Assembly (NCBI GenBank): GCA_041749255.1 | Contig: JBGTBR010000056.1 | Location: forward strand, 38,621 to 102,620 | Direction: 5' to 3' | Origin: Saprospiraceae bacterium | GTDB taxonomy: Bacteria > Bacteroidota > Bacteroidia > Chitinophagales > Saprospiraceae | Length of the DNA stretch: 64,000 nt | Part shown: in pieces, positions 20,718 through 31,036 of the stretch | Position numbering within the stretch: the first letter of the stretch is position 1 | Layout: each line of letters starts with the position of its first letter | Program-made: the position numbers and the translations under genes | The notes under the pieces: generated by a model | Seen by the model: only the letters and a program-made list of their open reading frames with translations | Told to the model about the DNA's origin: nothing | Database searches by the model: none

Positions 20718-21773
20718 TCAAAATAATGACAATTGTTTGGTTTTATTTTCTTTATATAAAGTAAGATTAAAGTCAAATGGCTTATTTTCGATAAGATATA
20801 AGCGCCGGGCAATATCAAATTGCCGGTGAATCATTTCGGCAATAAGTCCGCTACCTTTCATGCGCTCAGTAAAATTTGAATTGCTCAGTTTTCCATTGTG
20901 TAAGTCTTTTATCTTATTCAAAACTTTTTTGGCTCGATCCTGATAATGAATTTCCAACCAATCCTCAAATATTTCAGGAAGATCTCCATTGAGCCTGACT
21001 ACGATTTGGTAAATATTTCCAGCTCCTGCTTCAGCGCATTTTTTCACCAGTGGGAATATATCATTATCATTGAGTCCCGGTATGATCGGTGCCGCTAAAA
21101 CATTAACCGGAATAGCATGATCAGCCAGTTGTTTTACCAGCGCTAAGCGTTTACCTATTGAGGACGCTCTGGGTTCAAGTTTTTTACGCAAATCATCATC
21201 CATGGTGTTAATGGAAACTGAAACCGATACAAGCCGGTGCAAAGCCAGATTTTTCAAAATATCCAAATCTCTCAGAATCAAAGCACTTTTTGTAACAATA
21301 CACACAGGATGTTTATGCTTCCACATAATTTCCAGTATTTTCCTGGTTATCATTGTAGTTTTTTCAATAGGTTGATAGCAATCCGTGTTTCCCGAAAGCA
21401 TAATCGGTGTAGCTATCCAGGACGAAGAGGATAATTTTTGATCCAACAATTCCGGAGCATTTCTTTTAACCAGAATTTTTGTTTCAAAATCAAGCCCGGC
21501 ACTATACCCCCAATAAGTGTGGGTATTTCTGGCATAACAATAGACACATCCATGTTCGCATCCCTGATAGGGATTCAATGAATATTCTCCACGCACATCC
21601 GGGCTACCCACTTTGTTTAAAATCGATTTTGCATCTACTTCGATGATTTGAGTAGAAACATGAGGATTTTCCATTTCATCTTCAAATAAAAGCGGATTCT
21701 TGGGTCTTATTTCATTATGAAATGGATTGTGGGTGTTGATTTGGGCTCCTCTACCTTTTAGAATATTTCTCAT
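20718..21773 (-). CDS. Radical SAM protein (PA0069/SplB-like family)
   Basis: CEHGCVYC matches the CxxxCxxC cluster motif; 351 aa. Confidence 0.8.
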   Translation of the reverse strand: MRNILKGRGAQINTHNPFHNEIRPKNPLLFEDEMENPHVSTQIIEVDAKSILNKVGSPDVRGEYSLNPYQGCEHGCVYCYARNTHTYWGYSAGLDFETKILVKRNAPELLDQKLSSSSWIATPIMLSGNTDCYQPIEKTTMITRKILEIMWKHKHPVCIVTKSALILRDLDILKNLALHRLVSVSVSINTMDDDLRKKLEPRASSIGKRLALVKQLADHAIPVNVLAAPIIPGLNDNDIFPLVKKCAEAGAGNIYQIVVRLNGDLPEIFEDWLEIHYQDRAKKVLNKIKDLHNGKLSNSNFTERMKGSGLIAEMIHRQFDIARRLYLIENKPFDFNLTLYKENKTKQLSLF

Positions 21774-21972
21774 ATTGTCGTATTTCGCGTCATAAATAAA
21801 ACGAATTATCCGACTAAATTACTAATTTATTCGAAATGAGTCAAGAGGGACAAAAAAAAGAGTTAATAATTGTATATAATTGGGGTAAATAGATAGACAT
21901 ATTCTACTTAATTGCCAAAAAAGGCTTGGAAAACACCACATCTTTATACAAGATCCCTGTTGTGAAAAATAA

Positions 21973-22656
21973 TTACTTCTTTAATAATCTTTCACAAAAG
22001 TAAAAGATCATTTCTTCCAATTGATCCAATTTGGTTTCCGTGTTAACAATCTCCGTCATAGAAGGCAGGTGTTCAGCTAAATACAAATGGTTTATGGCCA
22101 TTTCAATAATAGTGGTTGCAATGGATCTTGGATATTTAAATCCGGGATTAACCTCAAGAATAAGTTCTGAAATAAAATGACTCAATTCCCTGTAATTGGC
22201 ATAGATCCCCACTTTATTTTCTTCATCTATCTTCTTTGTATGGTAGGCATTTGTAGCCAATTCGACCATAAGATGGTGTAATTTGTGGAGATCGATAAAA
22301 TGAGATGAATCCGAATCTTCATCCAACAAACCCGAAACCATAGTTTTAATAGCAATTCTCAGGCGTGTTTTTTCATCATGTATGAATTTGATATTTGATT
22401 TAATCAAATAAAGCATAAACTCCCAATACCAACAAGTGAGATATAGCAAAAGCATATGCTTGTTTTCAAAATAGCGATATATGGAAGCCTCAGTCGAAGA
22501 AATCCTGACAGCTAATTCCTTAAAATTAAAAGAATTTAAACCCACTTCTTTGAATAAAATAAGGGAATGTTGAAGAATCCTTCGACCCAGGTCGGTTTCC
22601 AAAGGATCCTTCAGAAATATGTTTTCATTTACATTCACTGACACACTTACAGGCAT
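21973..22656 (-). CDS. TetR/AcrR-family transcriptional regulator
   Basis: An N-terminal HTH segment FNFKELAVRISSTEASIYRYFENK is followed by an all-helical C-terminal region. Confidence 0.7.
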   Translation of the reverse strand: MPVSVSVNVNENIFLKDPLETDLGRRILQHSLILFKEVGLNSFNFKELAVRISSTEASIYRYFENKHMLLLYLTCWYWEFMLYLIKSNIKFIHDEKTRLRIAIKTMVSGLLDEDSDSSHFIDLHKLHHLMVELATNAYHTKKIDEENKVGIYANYRELSHFISELILEVNPGFKYPRSIATTIIEMAINHLYLAEHLPSMTEIVNTETKLDQLEEMIFYFCERLLKK

Positions 22657-22788
22657 GCTTAACGATCTTTTGTCGTAAGAAAAATAAATACAGATCTCGA
22701 GTCATGATAGAGTGATTCAAATAAAATGCATTATAAAATTACTCTGATATGATGACAATTCTAAAATATTAGTTAAACTCCTGAATTT

Positions 22789-24393
22789 CTATTTAGAATC
22801 ATTAGCTATAGTTGAAGATTCCTCAACATCATTTTCAATACTGATTAGTTTTTCAAACTTTTTAATTTGATCATGAAAATTACTTTTCCTCCTGTCAATA
22901 ACAGTCAGATCAATGTTCTTATATTTAGCATTTTCTTCAAAATCCTCTATAATATCTATCACATCATGATCTATATTTACAGTATCAGAAGCATCCAGTA
23001 TTACTTTTGATCCACGTGGAATGGCAGCGAGCGTTTTTTGTATACTTGCTTTATTTAGGAAAGTAACCTCTTCTGACAATTTTAAATGGATTGCATCATC
23101 ATGATGTTCTTCTAACACGAGGAAAGGCGTTTTGTAATTATCCATCAATATATAAAAGATGGCTACTACCATACCTATACCGATCCCCATCAACAGATCG
23201 GTAAAAACAATTCCAATAATGGTTATCATAAACGGGGCAAATTGTCTCCATCCCAGTTTATACATGGCTTTAATCATAGAAGGTTTAGCGAGCTTATACC
23301 CTACCACAATAAGTATCACAGCCAATGTAGCCAAAGGGATCATATTGAGTATGCCGGGAATAAAAGCAACGCATACCAGGATTAATATACCATGGTACAA
23401 AGCGGCCATCTTAGTGCGACCACCAGACTGAATATTGGCAGAACTTCTTACGATAACCTGTGTTACTGGTATTCCTCCAATGAGACCTGAGATCATATTA
23501 CCAATACCTTGGGCTTTGAGCTCCAGATTAGTAGGAGTTACCCTTTTATAACGATCCAGTTTGTCAGTAGCCTCGACGCATAAGAGAGTTTCAAGACTTG
23601 CGATAATAGCTAAGGTAATAGCCGTAATATACACCTGGGGATTGCCAATGGCAGTGAAATCTGGCAAGGTAAACTGGCCAAAAAATTCTGTTACATTTCC
23701 GGCTTTTGGAAGTTGTACCATTTGCTGAGGAGCAAAGGCATACGAAGTTCCCTCAAATAAGACATAAATTACAATTCCACCAGCTACTGCGACCAAAGGT
23801 CCCTGGACATATTGAAGGGCTTTGATATTTTTTATAAATTTAGTTTCCCAGAGAATTAATACAAAAAAGGAGAATGCAGTGACTATAACCACACATGGAG
23901 ATAGTAGCTCAAAAGCTCTTTTAAGAATATTTATAGAATCGCCTGTTCGATCTTTTGCGAGGAATATAGCATCCATTTGATCGCCAAAATATCCAAGGGC
24001 AAAGGGAATTTGCTTGATGATGATAATTATCCCAATTCCAGCCAACATGCCTTTAATAACAGAATTGGGAAAGTAATACCCTATAATACCCGCTTTAGCA
24101 AATCCTAAGGCTACCTGGAGGATTCCAGCTATAAAAGTGGCCAACAAAAATATTTCGAAGGTGCCCAGATCCTGAATTGCTGTCAATACTATAACTGCCA
24201 ATCCAGCTGCAGGGCCACTGACTCCAAGTGCAGACCCACTGATGAGAGTAACCACTATACCACCCACTATACCGGCAATAATACCGGAAAACAATGGTGC
24301 TCCGGAAGCCAATGCTATTCCCAGACATAATGGTACAGCGACCAGGAAAACTACAATACCGGCAGGAAAGTCGTATTTAAAGTGCTTAAACAT
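22789..24393 (-). CDS. SulP-family inorganic anion transporter with C-terminal STAS domain
   Basis: About 11 hydrophobic helices, the SulP signature region (IVRSSANIQSGGRTKMA), and a STAS-like tail. Confidence 0.9.
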   Translation of the reverse strand: MFKHFKYDFPAGIVVFLVAVPLCLGIALASGAPLFSGIIAGIVGGIVVTLISGSALGVSGPAAGLAVIVLTAIQDLGTFEIFLLATFIAGILQVALGFAKAGIIGYYFPNSVIKGMLAGIGIIIIIKQIPFALGYFGDQMDAIFLAKDRTGDSINILKRAFELLSPCVVIVTAFSFFVLILWETKFIKNIKALQYVQGPLVAVAGGIVIYVLFEGTSYAFAPQQMVQLPKAGNVTEFFGQFTLPDFTAIGNPQVYITAITLAIIASLETLLCVEATDKLDRYKRVTPTNLELKAQGIGNMISGLIGGIPVTQVIVRSSANIQSGGRTKMAALYHGILILVCVAFIPGILNMIPLATLAVILIVVGYKLAKPSMIKAMYKLGWRQFAPFMITIIGIVFTDLLMGIGIGMVVAIFYILMDNYKTPFLVLEEHHDDAIHLKLSEEVTFLNKASIQKTLAAIPRGSKVILDASDTVNIDHDVIDIIEDFEENAKYKNIDLTVIDRRKSNFHDQIKKFEKLISIENDVEESSTIANDSK

Positions 24394-24939
24394 ATAAATA
24401 TTTTTTAATATTTGTTAATTTTTGAAAATAAGAACTATATGAAGTATTTAAATAAATTTATAAGAGAGGATAATGAAATATCGCCAACAAATAATGCATC
24501 ATTTTCTGTCTTCCTTTAATTCCAAAAAATTATACTTTGTCATATTTGAATATTTCTGTAACTGGCTGGTTTCCATTTTTTTTAAATCCATCTATCCCAA
24601 TAGGAAGTTGTGGAAGGTTGGATTTTCTTTCATTTTTCAAAACAAATTATTAAAATAATTCTTGCATTAAAACTACATGAGTAATAACCACAAATTTAAT
24701 AGTAATGCTTCTATAAATGAAAGTTATACTAAAAAGTTTAATTTTACTCTCCTATTTTAACAGATTTTTAACAAAAAAGAAATTGCCCTGCGAATTCAAC
24801 AATTTATCACCATTGATTTTGTTTAAAATAAATGGTTTCCCGCGATGAAAATATCATTTTTGCATTTTATTACCGGCTTTTAAAAAAGCACTGAACAAAA
24901 CAAATCCAGGTGATATTACATCATTAAAAACATTATACA

Positions 24940-26388
24940 TTGGGAAACAAAGTAAAAATTACCATCGCTAAAGGTGATGGAATCGGTGAAGAGATCATGA
25001 ATGTCTGTTTGGACATTATCAAAAAATCGGGTGCTCCGGTTGAATTTGAAGAAATTCAGGTAGGCAAAGAAGTATACCTTAGAGGTATTGAATCGGGAAT
25101 TCCGGACTATGCGTGGGAAGTCATGTCGCGCAATAAAGTATTATTAAAGGGTCCTATAACTACGCCTCAAGGAGGCGGATACAAAAGTCTTAATGTGACC
25201 ATCAGAAAAACAATGGGTTTGTTTGCAAACGTAAGACCTGCCCATTCCTTCGACCCATTCGTTCGCACCCATTTTCCACATATGGATTTGGTTGTGATCC
25301 GAGAAAACGAAGAGGATCTTTATGCCGGAATCGAACATCAACAAACACCTGAAGTTGTTCAATGTCTTAAGTTGGTTTCCAGACCTGGAAGTGAAAAGAT
25401 CATTCGATATGCATTTGAATATGCAAAAGCATATGGAAGAAAGAAAGTCACTTGTATGACAAAAGATAATATCATGAAACATACCGATGGGTTGTTTCAT
25501 CAGATTTTTGACGAAGTAAGATTAGAGTACCCAGAAATCGATAGTGAACACTATATTATTGATATAGGAGCAGCCAGACTAGCCAACACACCTGAAAAAT
25601 TTGATGTTATTGTAACACTCAATTTATATGGTGATATCATTTCCGACATCACCGCAGAAGTTTCGGGTTCTGTTGGGCTGGGAGGTTCTGCGAATATAGG
25701 TGAAAACTTTGCCATGTTTGAGGCTATTCACGGCTCAGCACCAGATATCGCTGGAAAAAATGTCGCTAACCCAAGCGGTTTAATTCAGGGAGCTTGTTTG
25801 ATGTTGGTGCATGTAGGAATTCCGGAATATGCGGCTAAAATACAAAATGCCCTGTACAAAACCATTGAAGATGGAATCCATACTGCCGACCTGAAAAGTG
25901 CCCACTCTGAAGAAATTGTAGGTACAAAAGAGTTTGGTCAGGCTGTTATTAAGCGTCTTGGCATGTTGCCCGACAAGATTCGACCCATGCGCATTTCAAA
26001 TCATAAGATCAATATCAAATTAAAAAAGAGAGTTCGGCCCTCTAAGAAGTTGGTTGGTGCGGATATATTCATAGACTGGGATGAGGCTGACAGGGATCCT
26101 GATATACTGGGACAACAGCTAGAAAAAATAACCAATGAGGATTTGCAACTTAAAATGATAACCAACCGCGGAGTAAAGGTATATCCCGAAGGACGGAAAG
26201 AAACGTTTTGCTCTGATCACTGGCGATGCAGATATGTGTCTAAAGCAAATGATAAAAAGGAAATTTCTCAAGCTGCCATAATTAAGTTATTGGGAGATTT
26301 AGTGAAAAAAGGGCCAGGTTTTATAAAAGTTGAAAATCTCTATCTGTTTGATGGAGTCAGAGGTTATTCTTTAGGGCAAGGAGAATAG
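24940..26388 (+). CDS. icd: Isocitrate dehydrogenase (isocitrate/isopropylmalate dehydrogenase family) with a ~140-aa C-terminal extension
   Basis: TTG start. Motifs SLNVTIRK, VVIRENEEDLYAGIEH, NLYGDIISD and HGSAPDIAGKNVANP are present. Confidence 0.85.
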   Translation: MGNKVKITIAKGDGIGEEIMNVCLDIIKKSGAPVEFEEIQVGKEVYLRGIESGIPDYAWEVMSRNKVLLKGPITTPQGGGYKSLNVTIRKTMGLFANVRPAHSFDPFVRTHFPHMDLVVIRENEEDLYAGIEHQQTPEVVQCLKLVSRPGSEKIIRYAFEYAKAYGRKKVTCMTKDNIMKHTDGLFHQIFDEVRLEYPEIDSEHYIIDIGAARLANTPEKFDVIVTLNLYGDIISDITAEVSGSVGLGGSANIGENFAMFEAIHGSAPDIAGKNVANPSGLIQGACLMLVHVGIPEYAAKIQNALYKTIEDGIHTADLKSAHSEEIVGTKEFGQAVIKRLGMLPDKIRPMRISNHKINIKLKKRVRPSKKLVGADIFIDWDEADRDPDILGQQLEKITNEDLQLKMITNRGVKVYPEGRKETFCSDHWRCRYVSKANDKKEISQAAIIKLLGDLVKKGPGFIKVENLYLFDGVRGYSLGQGE

Positions 26389-26447
26389 TTTCCATTGGTA
26401 TTGCAGGATGCATAATTTGAGTTTAACACATATTTTAATCCAAAACA

Positions 26448-27725
26448 ATGAATCCACCTTTAGCGGAAAGAATGCGGCCAACCACTCTCAATGAATTTGA
26501 AGGGCAACAGCATCTTACCGGTGAAGGATCGGTACTCAAAAAAACTATTGAGAATGGTAATATTCCTTCCTTTATATTGTGGGGACCTCCAGGCGTAGGA
26601 AAAACCACTCTGGCATTTATCATCTCTCAGACCTTAAAGAGACCTTTCTATAGCCTGAGTGCGATCAATTCCGGTGTAAAAGATATAAGAGAAGCCATAG
26701 ATAAAGCCAAAAAACAGCAATTTTTTAACCGCCCCAATCCGATTTTATTTATAGATGAGATACACCGGTTTAGTAAATCACAACAGGATGCCCTGTTGGG
26801 GGCAGTAGAAAAAGGCATTATCACTCTAATTGGTGCAACAACAGAAAATCCATCTTTTGAAGTCATACCAGCTCTATTATCGAGATGCCAGGTATATATC
26901 ATGAATCCTTTAAGTGTCGAGGAACTTATACGCTTAGTAAATAAAGCCATTAAAACGGATGATGAGTTTAAAAACAGAAATATTACCATTGAATCCTATA
27001 AAGCACTTATCAGGTTTTCAGGTGGAGATGCAAGAAAACTGCTCAACAGCCTGGAGATAGTGGCAAGAAAGAATTTGGCTTCAGATCCATTGGTCATAAC
27101 TGACGAAATGGTCCAGGAGAGTATACAGCAAAATATGGCCTTATACGACAAGGCCGGTGAACAGCATTACGATATCATCTCAGCATTTATAAAATCCATA
27201 AGAGGATCAGATCCTAATGCTGCAGTCTATTATCTTGCCAGGATGATTGAAGGAGGAGAAGACCCTCGCTTTATATGTCGTAGAATGGTTATTTCCGCAT
27301 CTGAGGACATCGGTATGGCTAATCCTAATGCTCTCTTGTTGGCCAATGCATGTTTTGATGCCGTTCATAATATAGGTATGCCTGAAGGTCGTATCGTTAT
27401 GAGCCAGGTCGCCATTTATCTTGCTTGCTCCCCAAAAAGCAATACATCATATATAGCCATTAATGAAGCAGTCAATTCAGTTAAAAAAACCGGAAACCTA
27501 CCTGTTCCCCTCCATTTAAGAAATGCCCCAACGCAGCTTATGAAGTCTCTTGATTATGGAAAAGACTACCAATATGCCCATGATTTTACCCATAATTTTG
27601 TCGACATGGAAATGCTGCCCAAAGAAATTTCTGGTAGCGCTTTCTACCATCCTGGAAAGAATAATGCTGAAGATAATATTAGGGAAAGGTTAAAAAGTTT
27701 ATGGAAAGAAAAATACGGGTACTAA
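26448..27725 (+). CDS. rarA: Replication-associated recombination protein A (AAA+ ATPase)
   Basis: [34 protein letters not shown] and [18 protein letters not shown] motifs. Confidence 0.93.
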   Translation: MNPPLAERMRPTTLNEFEGQQHLTGEGSVLKKTIENGNIPSFILWGPPGVGKTTLAFIISQTLKRPFYSLSAINSGVKDIREAIDKAKKQQFFNRPNPILFIDEIHRFSKSQQDALLGAVEKGIITLIGATTENPSFEVIPALLSRCQVYIMNPLSVEELIRLVNKAIKTDDEFKNRNITIESYKALIRFSGGDARKLLNSLEIVARKNLASDPLVITDEMVQESIQQNMALYDKAGEQHYDIISAFIKSIRGSDPNAAVYYLARMIEGGEDPRFICRRMVISASEDIGMANPNALLLANACFDAVHNIGMPEGRIVMSQVAIYLACSPKSNTSYIAINEAVNSVKKTGNLPVPLHLRNAPTQLMKSLDYGKDYQYAHDFTHNFVDMEMLPKEISGSAFYHPGKNNAEDNIRERLKSLWKEKYGY

Positions 27726-27881
27726 TAAACCCATATCAATAGCCAGTCAAGTCTGTTAAGGGTAAGGGTAAGGTTGAGGTTGAGGTTGAGTCCAAGGTTT
27801 CGTCTTCGGAAGGAGAAGTTGAGAAGGAGAGCTTAAAGGTGAGAGGGCCAGGTTGAGGTTGAGGAGTTGAGGAGTTGAGAA

Positions 27882-28022
27882 GTCATTGGCTTCGCGTCAT
27901 TTGGCTACGCCGCCATTTGCTCTATTCCGTCATTTGCGCTACGCGCGTAATCTTGTTATGAATGGATCCTATTGCCAACTGCATACTGCATACTGCCCAC
28001 TGTCAATGCCAACTGTATACTG
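27882..28022 (+). repeat. Core A copy 1 (conserved non-repetitive core plus flanking GTCATT and CTGCATA repeats)
   Basis: Contains GCTACGCGCGTAATCTTGTTATGAATGGATCCTATTGCCAACTGCATACTGC, which differs from copy 2 at about 4 positions by eye. Confidence 0.85.
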
Positions 28023-28424
28023 TTACCAGCTACGAGATTCGACCTTAATAGGTCTGAAAGTCGAAGGTCTGAAAGTCGAAGGTCTGAAAGTCGGAAGGTC
28101 TGAAAGTCTGAAAGTCGGAAGGTCTGAAAGTCTGAAAGTCGGAAGGTCTGAAAGTCTGAAAGTCGGAAAATTGAAAATTGAAAATTGAAAATTGAAAATT
28201 GAAACTTGAAACTTAACAAAAACAAAAACTAAAACCAAAACAAAAACCAAAACTAAAACCAAAACAAAAACAAAAACAAAAACAAAAACTAAAACTAAAA
28301 CTAAAACTAAAACCATTTGCAACCAGCTACGAGCTATGAGCTAAAATGGTGTGAAAGTCGAAGATCTGAAAGTCTTAAGGTCGAGGTTAAGGATAAGGTT
28401 GAGATTGAGGTTGAGGTTGAGAAG

Positions 28425-28555
28425 GTCATTTGCTGCGCGTCATTGGGCTTCGTCGTCATTTGCGCTACGCGCGTTATTTTGTTATGAAAGGAACCTATTG
28501 CCAACTGCATACTGCCAACTGCATACTGCCCACTGCTAACTGCCAACTGCATACT
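28425..28555 (+). repeat. Core A copy 2
   Basis: Contains GCTACGCGCGTTATTTTGTTATGAAAGGAACCTATTGCCAACTGCATACTGC. Confidence 0.85.
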
Positions 28556-28791
28556 TGACAGAAGTTCGAACGCTCTGAAAGTCGTAAGGTCTAAGGTCAG
28601 AAATCCGAGGTTAAGGCATAATCCTGCGAACTATCAACTACGAGCTACGAACTAATGCTAATTGCTAAAAGCTAATAGCTTCGATAGAACTTTTTGTATT
28701 ACCTTTGGTTTTTAGATATTAATCAAACGAGCTGGTGAATAGAATGTTTTCACCTAATATCCTATCGTTTAAAATGAAATTAGACTGAATT

Positions 28792-29934
28792 ATGAGCCCG
28801 GAAGTATTGGAAAATCTTGACATGATCACAAAGAGCGCAAAAGAATTTGCGGAAAAAGAAATTCTACCTTACGTAATGGAATGGGATGAATCACAGTATT
28901 TTCCAAAAGAACTTATGCATAAAATGGGAGATTTTGGATTTTTAGGTGCGTTGGTACCAGAAGAATATGGAGGAACGGGATTAGGCTATCAGGAATACGT
29001 GTCTATTATAGTTGAAATTGCAAAGGTTTGCGGCTCCATTGGTTTATCGGTAGCAGCGCATAATTCTCTTTGTACCGGACATATCCTTGCATTTGGTAAT
29101 GAAGATCAAAAAAGAAAATACTTGCCACTTCTCGCAGCCGGAAAATGGATCGGAGCGTGGGGATTGACTGAGGCCAATACCGGATCTGATGCTATGCGGA
29201 TGAGTTGTGTTGGTGAAAAGGATGGAGAATATTTTGTCATTAATGGATCAAAAAACTGGATTACACATGGCATATCAGGTGATGTAGCTGTAGTGTTAGT
29301 GCGAACCGGAGAATTACTGGATAGTCGGGGTATTTCAGCTTTTATTATAGAAAGAGACACCCCTGGTTTCAAAGCAGGTAAGAAAGAGAATAAACTGGGA
29401 ATGCGCGCATCTGAAACATCTGAAATGATTTTTGAAAACTGCCGTGTTCACAAATCCCAAATGCTGGGGAATGAAGGAGAAGGTTTTATTCAGGCAATGA
29501 AAGTACTGGATGGTGGTCGTATCAGTATTGCTGCACTATCCATTGGCATTGCCAAAGGAGCATATGAAGCTTCGGTACGATACGCACAGCAAAGAGAACA
29601 GTTCGGAAAACCTATTGCCAGTTTCCAGGCCATTTCATTCAAACTTGCCGATATGGCTACGAAAATCCAGGCCGCTGAACTTCTCACCCGGAAAGCTGCC
29701 GATATGAAAAACGAAAAAGAAGATGTCACTACCCAAAGTGCCATGGCTAAGTATTACGCTTCTGAAATCTGTGTAGAAATAGCTACTGACGCCATTCAGG
29801 TATTTGGAGGCTATGGTTATACCAAGGAGTTTCCAGTAGAGAAATACTTTAGAGATTCAAAACTTTGTACCATCGGCGAAGGTACCAGTGAAATACAGAA
29901 ACTTGTTATTTCGAGAAATATTTTAAGAGAATAG
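28792..29934 (+). CDS. Acyl-CoA dehydrogenase
   Basis: 380 aa. GAWGLTEANTGSDA, QFGKPIASFQA and GGYGYTKEFPVEKYFRDSK motifs are present. Confidence 0.9.
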   Translation: MSPEVLENLDMITKSAKEFAEKEILPYVMEWDESQYFPKELMHKMGDFGFLGALVPEEYGGTGLGYQEYVSIIVEIAKVCGSIGLSVAAHNSLCTGHILAFGNEDQKRKYLPLLAAGKWIGAWGLTEANTGSDAMRMSCVGEKDGEYFVINGSKNWITHGISGDVAVVLVRTGELLDSRGISAFIIERDTPGFKAGKKENKLGMRASETSEMIFENCRVHKSQMLGNEGEGFIQAMKVLDGGRISIAALSIGIAKGAYEASVRYAQQREQFGKPIASFQAISFKLADMATKIQAAELLTRKAADMKNEKEDVTTQSAMAKYYASEICVEIATDAIQVFGGYGYTKEFPVEKYFRDSKLCTIGEGTSEIQKLVISRNILRE

Positions 29935-29966
29935 CGACCGTCCTTCCATTTAAACCATCACACGGA

Positions 29967-30677
29967 CTAAACACCTATTTTTTGTCCTTCAATGGACTGG
30001 ATAACATCGCTATCGACCTGTCCATCCAGCAGTTTGACTATACGATGGGCATGCAAGGCAATATCGGGTTCATGAGTAACTAATATAACGGTATTTCCAG
30101 AATGGTGTATTTTGTCAAATATTTCCATGATTTCCAATGAAGTTTTTGTATCGAGATTCCCTGTTGGTTCATCCGCTAAAATAATAGCTGGGTCATTAAT
30201 TAAAGCCCGGGCTATTGCCACACGTTGCTTTTGACCTCCAGACAATTCATTGGGTCTATGTTGTACGCGATCACCAAGACCTACCATGTTAAGCACATGC
30301 ATCGCTTTATCCTTTCTAACCGCTCTTTTCATTCCGGCATACACCAACGGAAGAGCCACATTATCAAGAGCTGAAAGTTTAGGCAGCAAATTAAATGACT
30401 GAAAAACAAATCCTATCTCCTTATTTCTTACTTCCGCCAGTTCACTATCCGTCATAGAAGATACATCAATACCATTGAGAATATAAGTGCCTGAAGTAGG
30501 AGAATCCAAACACCCTATGAGATTCATAAGTGTAGATTTACCGGATCCGGATGGCCCCATTAAAGCTACGTACTCATTTTTTTGTATATCCAGGTTAACA
30601 CCTCTCAAGGCATGAACTTTATGAATACCCATGATGTAGGTTTTAGTCAAATCCCTGATCGATATTATTTGTTGCAT
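29967..30677 (-). CDS. ABC transporter ATP-binding protein (MacB/LolD-like)
   Basis: Walker [10 protein letters not shown], signature [15 protein letters not shown], and Walker [12 protein letters not shown]. Confidence 0.9.
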   Translation of the reverse strand: MQQIISIRDLTKTYIMGIHKVHALRGVNLDIQKNEYVALMGPSGSGKSTLMNLIGCLDSPTSGTYILNGIDVSSMTDSELAEVRNKEIGFVFQSFNLLPKLSALDNVALPLVYAGMKRAVRKDKAMHVLNMVGLGDRVQHRPNELSGGQKQRVAIARALINDPAIILADEPTGNLDTKTSLEIMEIFDKIHHSGNTVILVTHEPDIALHAHRIVKLLDGQVDSDVIQSIEGQKIGV

Positions 30678-30745
30678 TACAGTTGTTTTTCTTTAAAAAG
30701 ATGATACAAAAGGAAGTAGTAAAAATTTAATCTCAAAATCAACCC

Positions 30746-31036
30746 TCATTTATTGATTACTTTGGGAATAACGAAATAATTGCCCTCCTTTTCCGGAGCT
30801 AAATCTAAAGCCTTATTTACCTCATCGAACTCTTCTGCAATATCTTGTCTTGGATCTGCAAAGACTTCGGTAAGGTATTTCAATGGCATCACACCTTCAG
30901 TATTAAGTTCATTGAGTTTATCTACCATTTTGAGAATATTTCTCAAATCTCCTACCATCCTATCTCTTTCTTCTTCCGAAAGTTCAAGTCTGGATAAATT
31001 TTCAAGTTTTAAAATTAGATTTTTATCAATGATCAT
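30746..31036 (-). CDS. gatC: Asp/Glu-tRNA amidotransferase subunit C
   Basis: 96 aa. KLENLSRLELSEEERD...LNELNTEGV is the typical GatC pattern. Confidence 0.85.
   Translation of the reverse strand: MIIDKNLILKLENLSRLELSEEERDRMVGDLRNILKMVDKLNELNTEGVMPLKYLTEVFADPRQDIAEEFDEVNKALDLAPEKEGNYFVIPKVINK

Larger units (their letters stand above)
27757..28684. repeat. Composite microsatellite-mosaic intergenic locus R1 (two tandem elements, purine/A-rich strand = +)
   Basis: Ordered runs of GGTTGA, GTCATTTGGCTNCGC, CTGCATA, GCTACGA, GTCTGAAAGTCGRAAG, AAAATTG and AAAAC/AAACT repeats. There is a 110-nt G-free stretch at 28209-28318. Confidence 0.9.

Noticed and set aside
28472-28546. Short Cys-containing ORF starting at the conserved ATG of core A (MKGTYCQLHTANC…; similar frames occur in the other three copies)
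   Set aside because: The conservation is explained by nucleotide identity. The frame and length are not maintained in the 44-kb copy (an insertion, with C to Y and H to S changes). The peptides run into arbitrary repeat sequence. It is kept only as a low-probability alternative under the core A finding.
27886-28552. ORFs of 62-100 aa on both strands inside mosaic locus R1 (for example 27886..28188, 27956..28225, 28023..28322, 28334..28552, 28351..28539)
   Set aside because: Their translations are periodic repeat peptides (GLKVEGLKV, SDFQTFRLSDFQTF, VLVLVFVFV). They overlap one another on both strands. They are by-products of stop-free tandem repeats, not genes.
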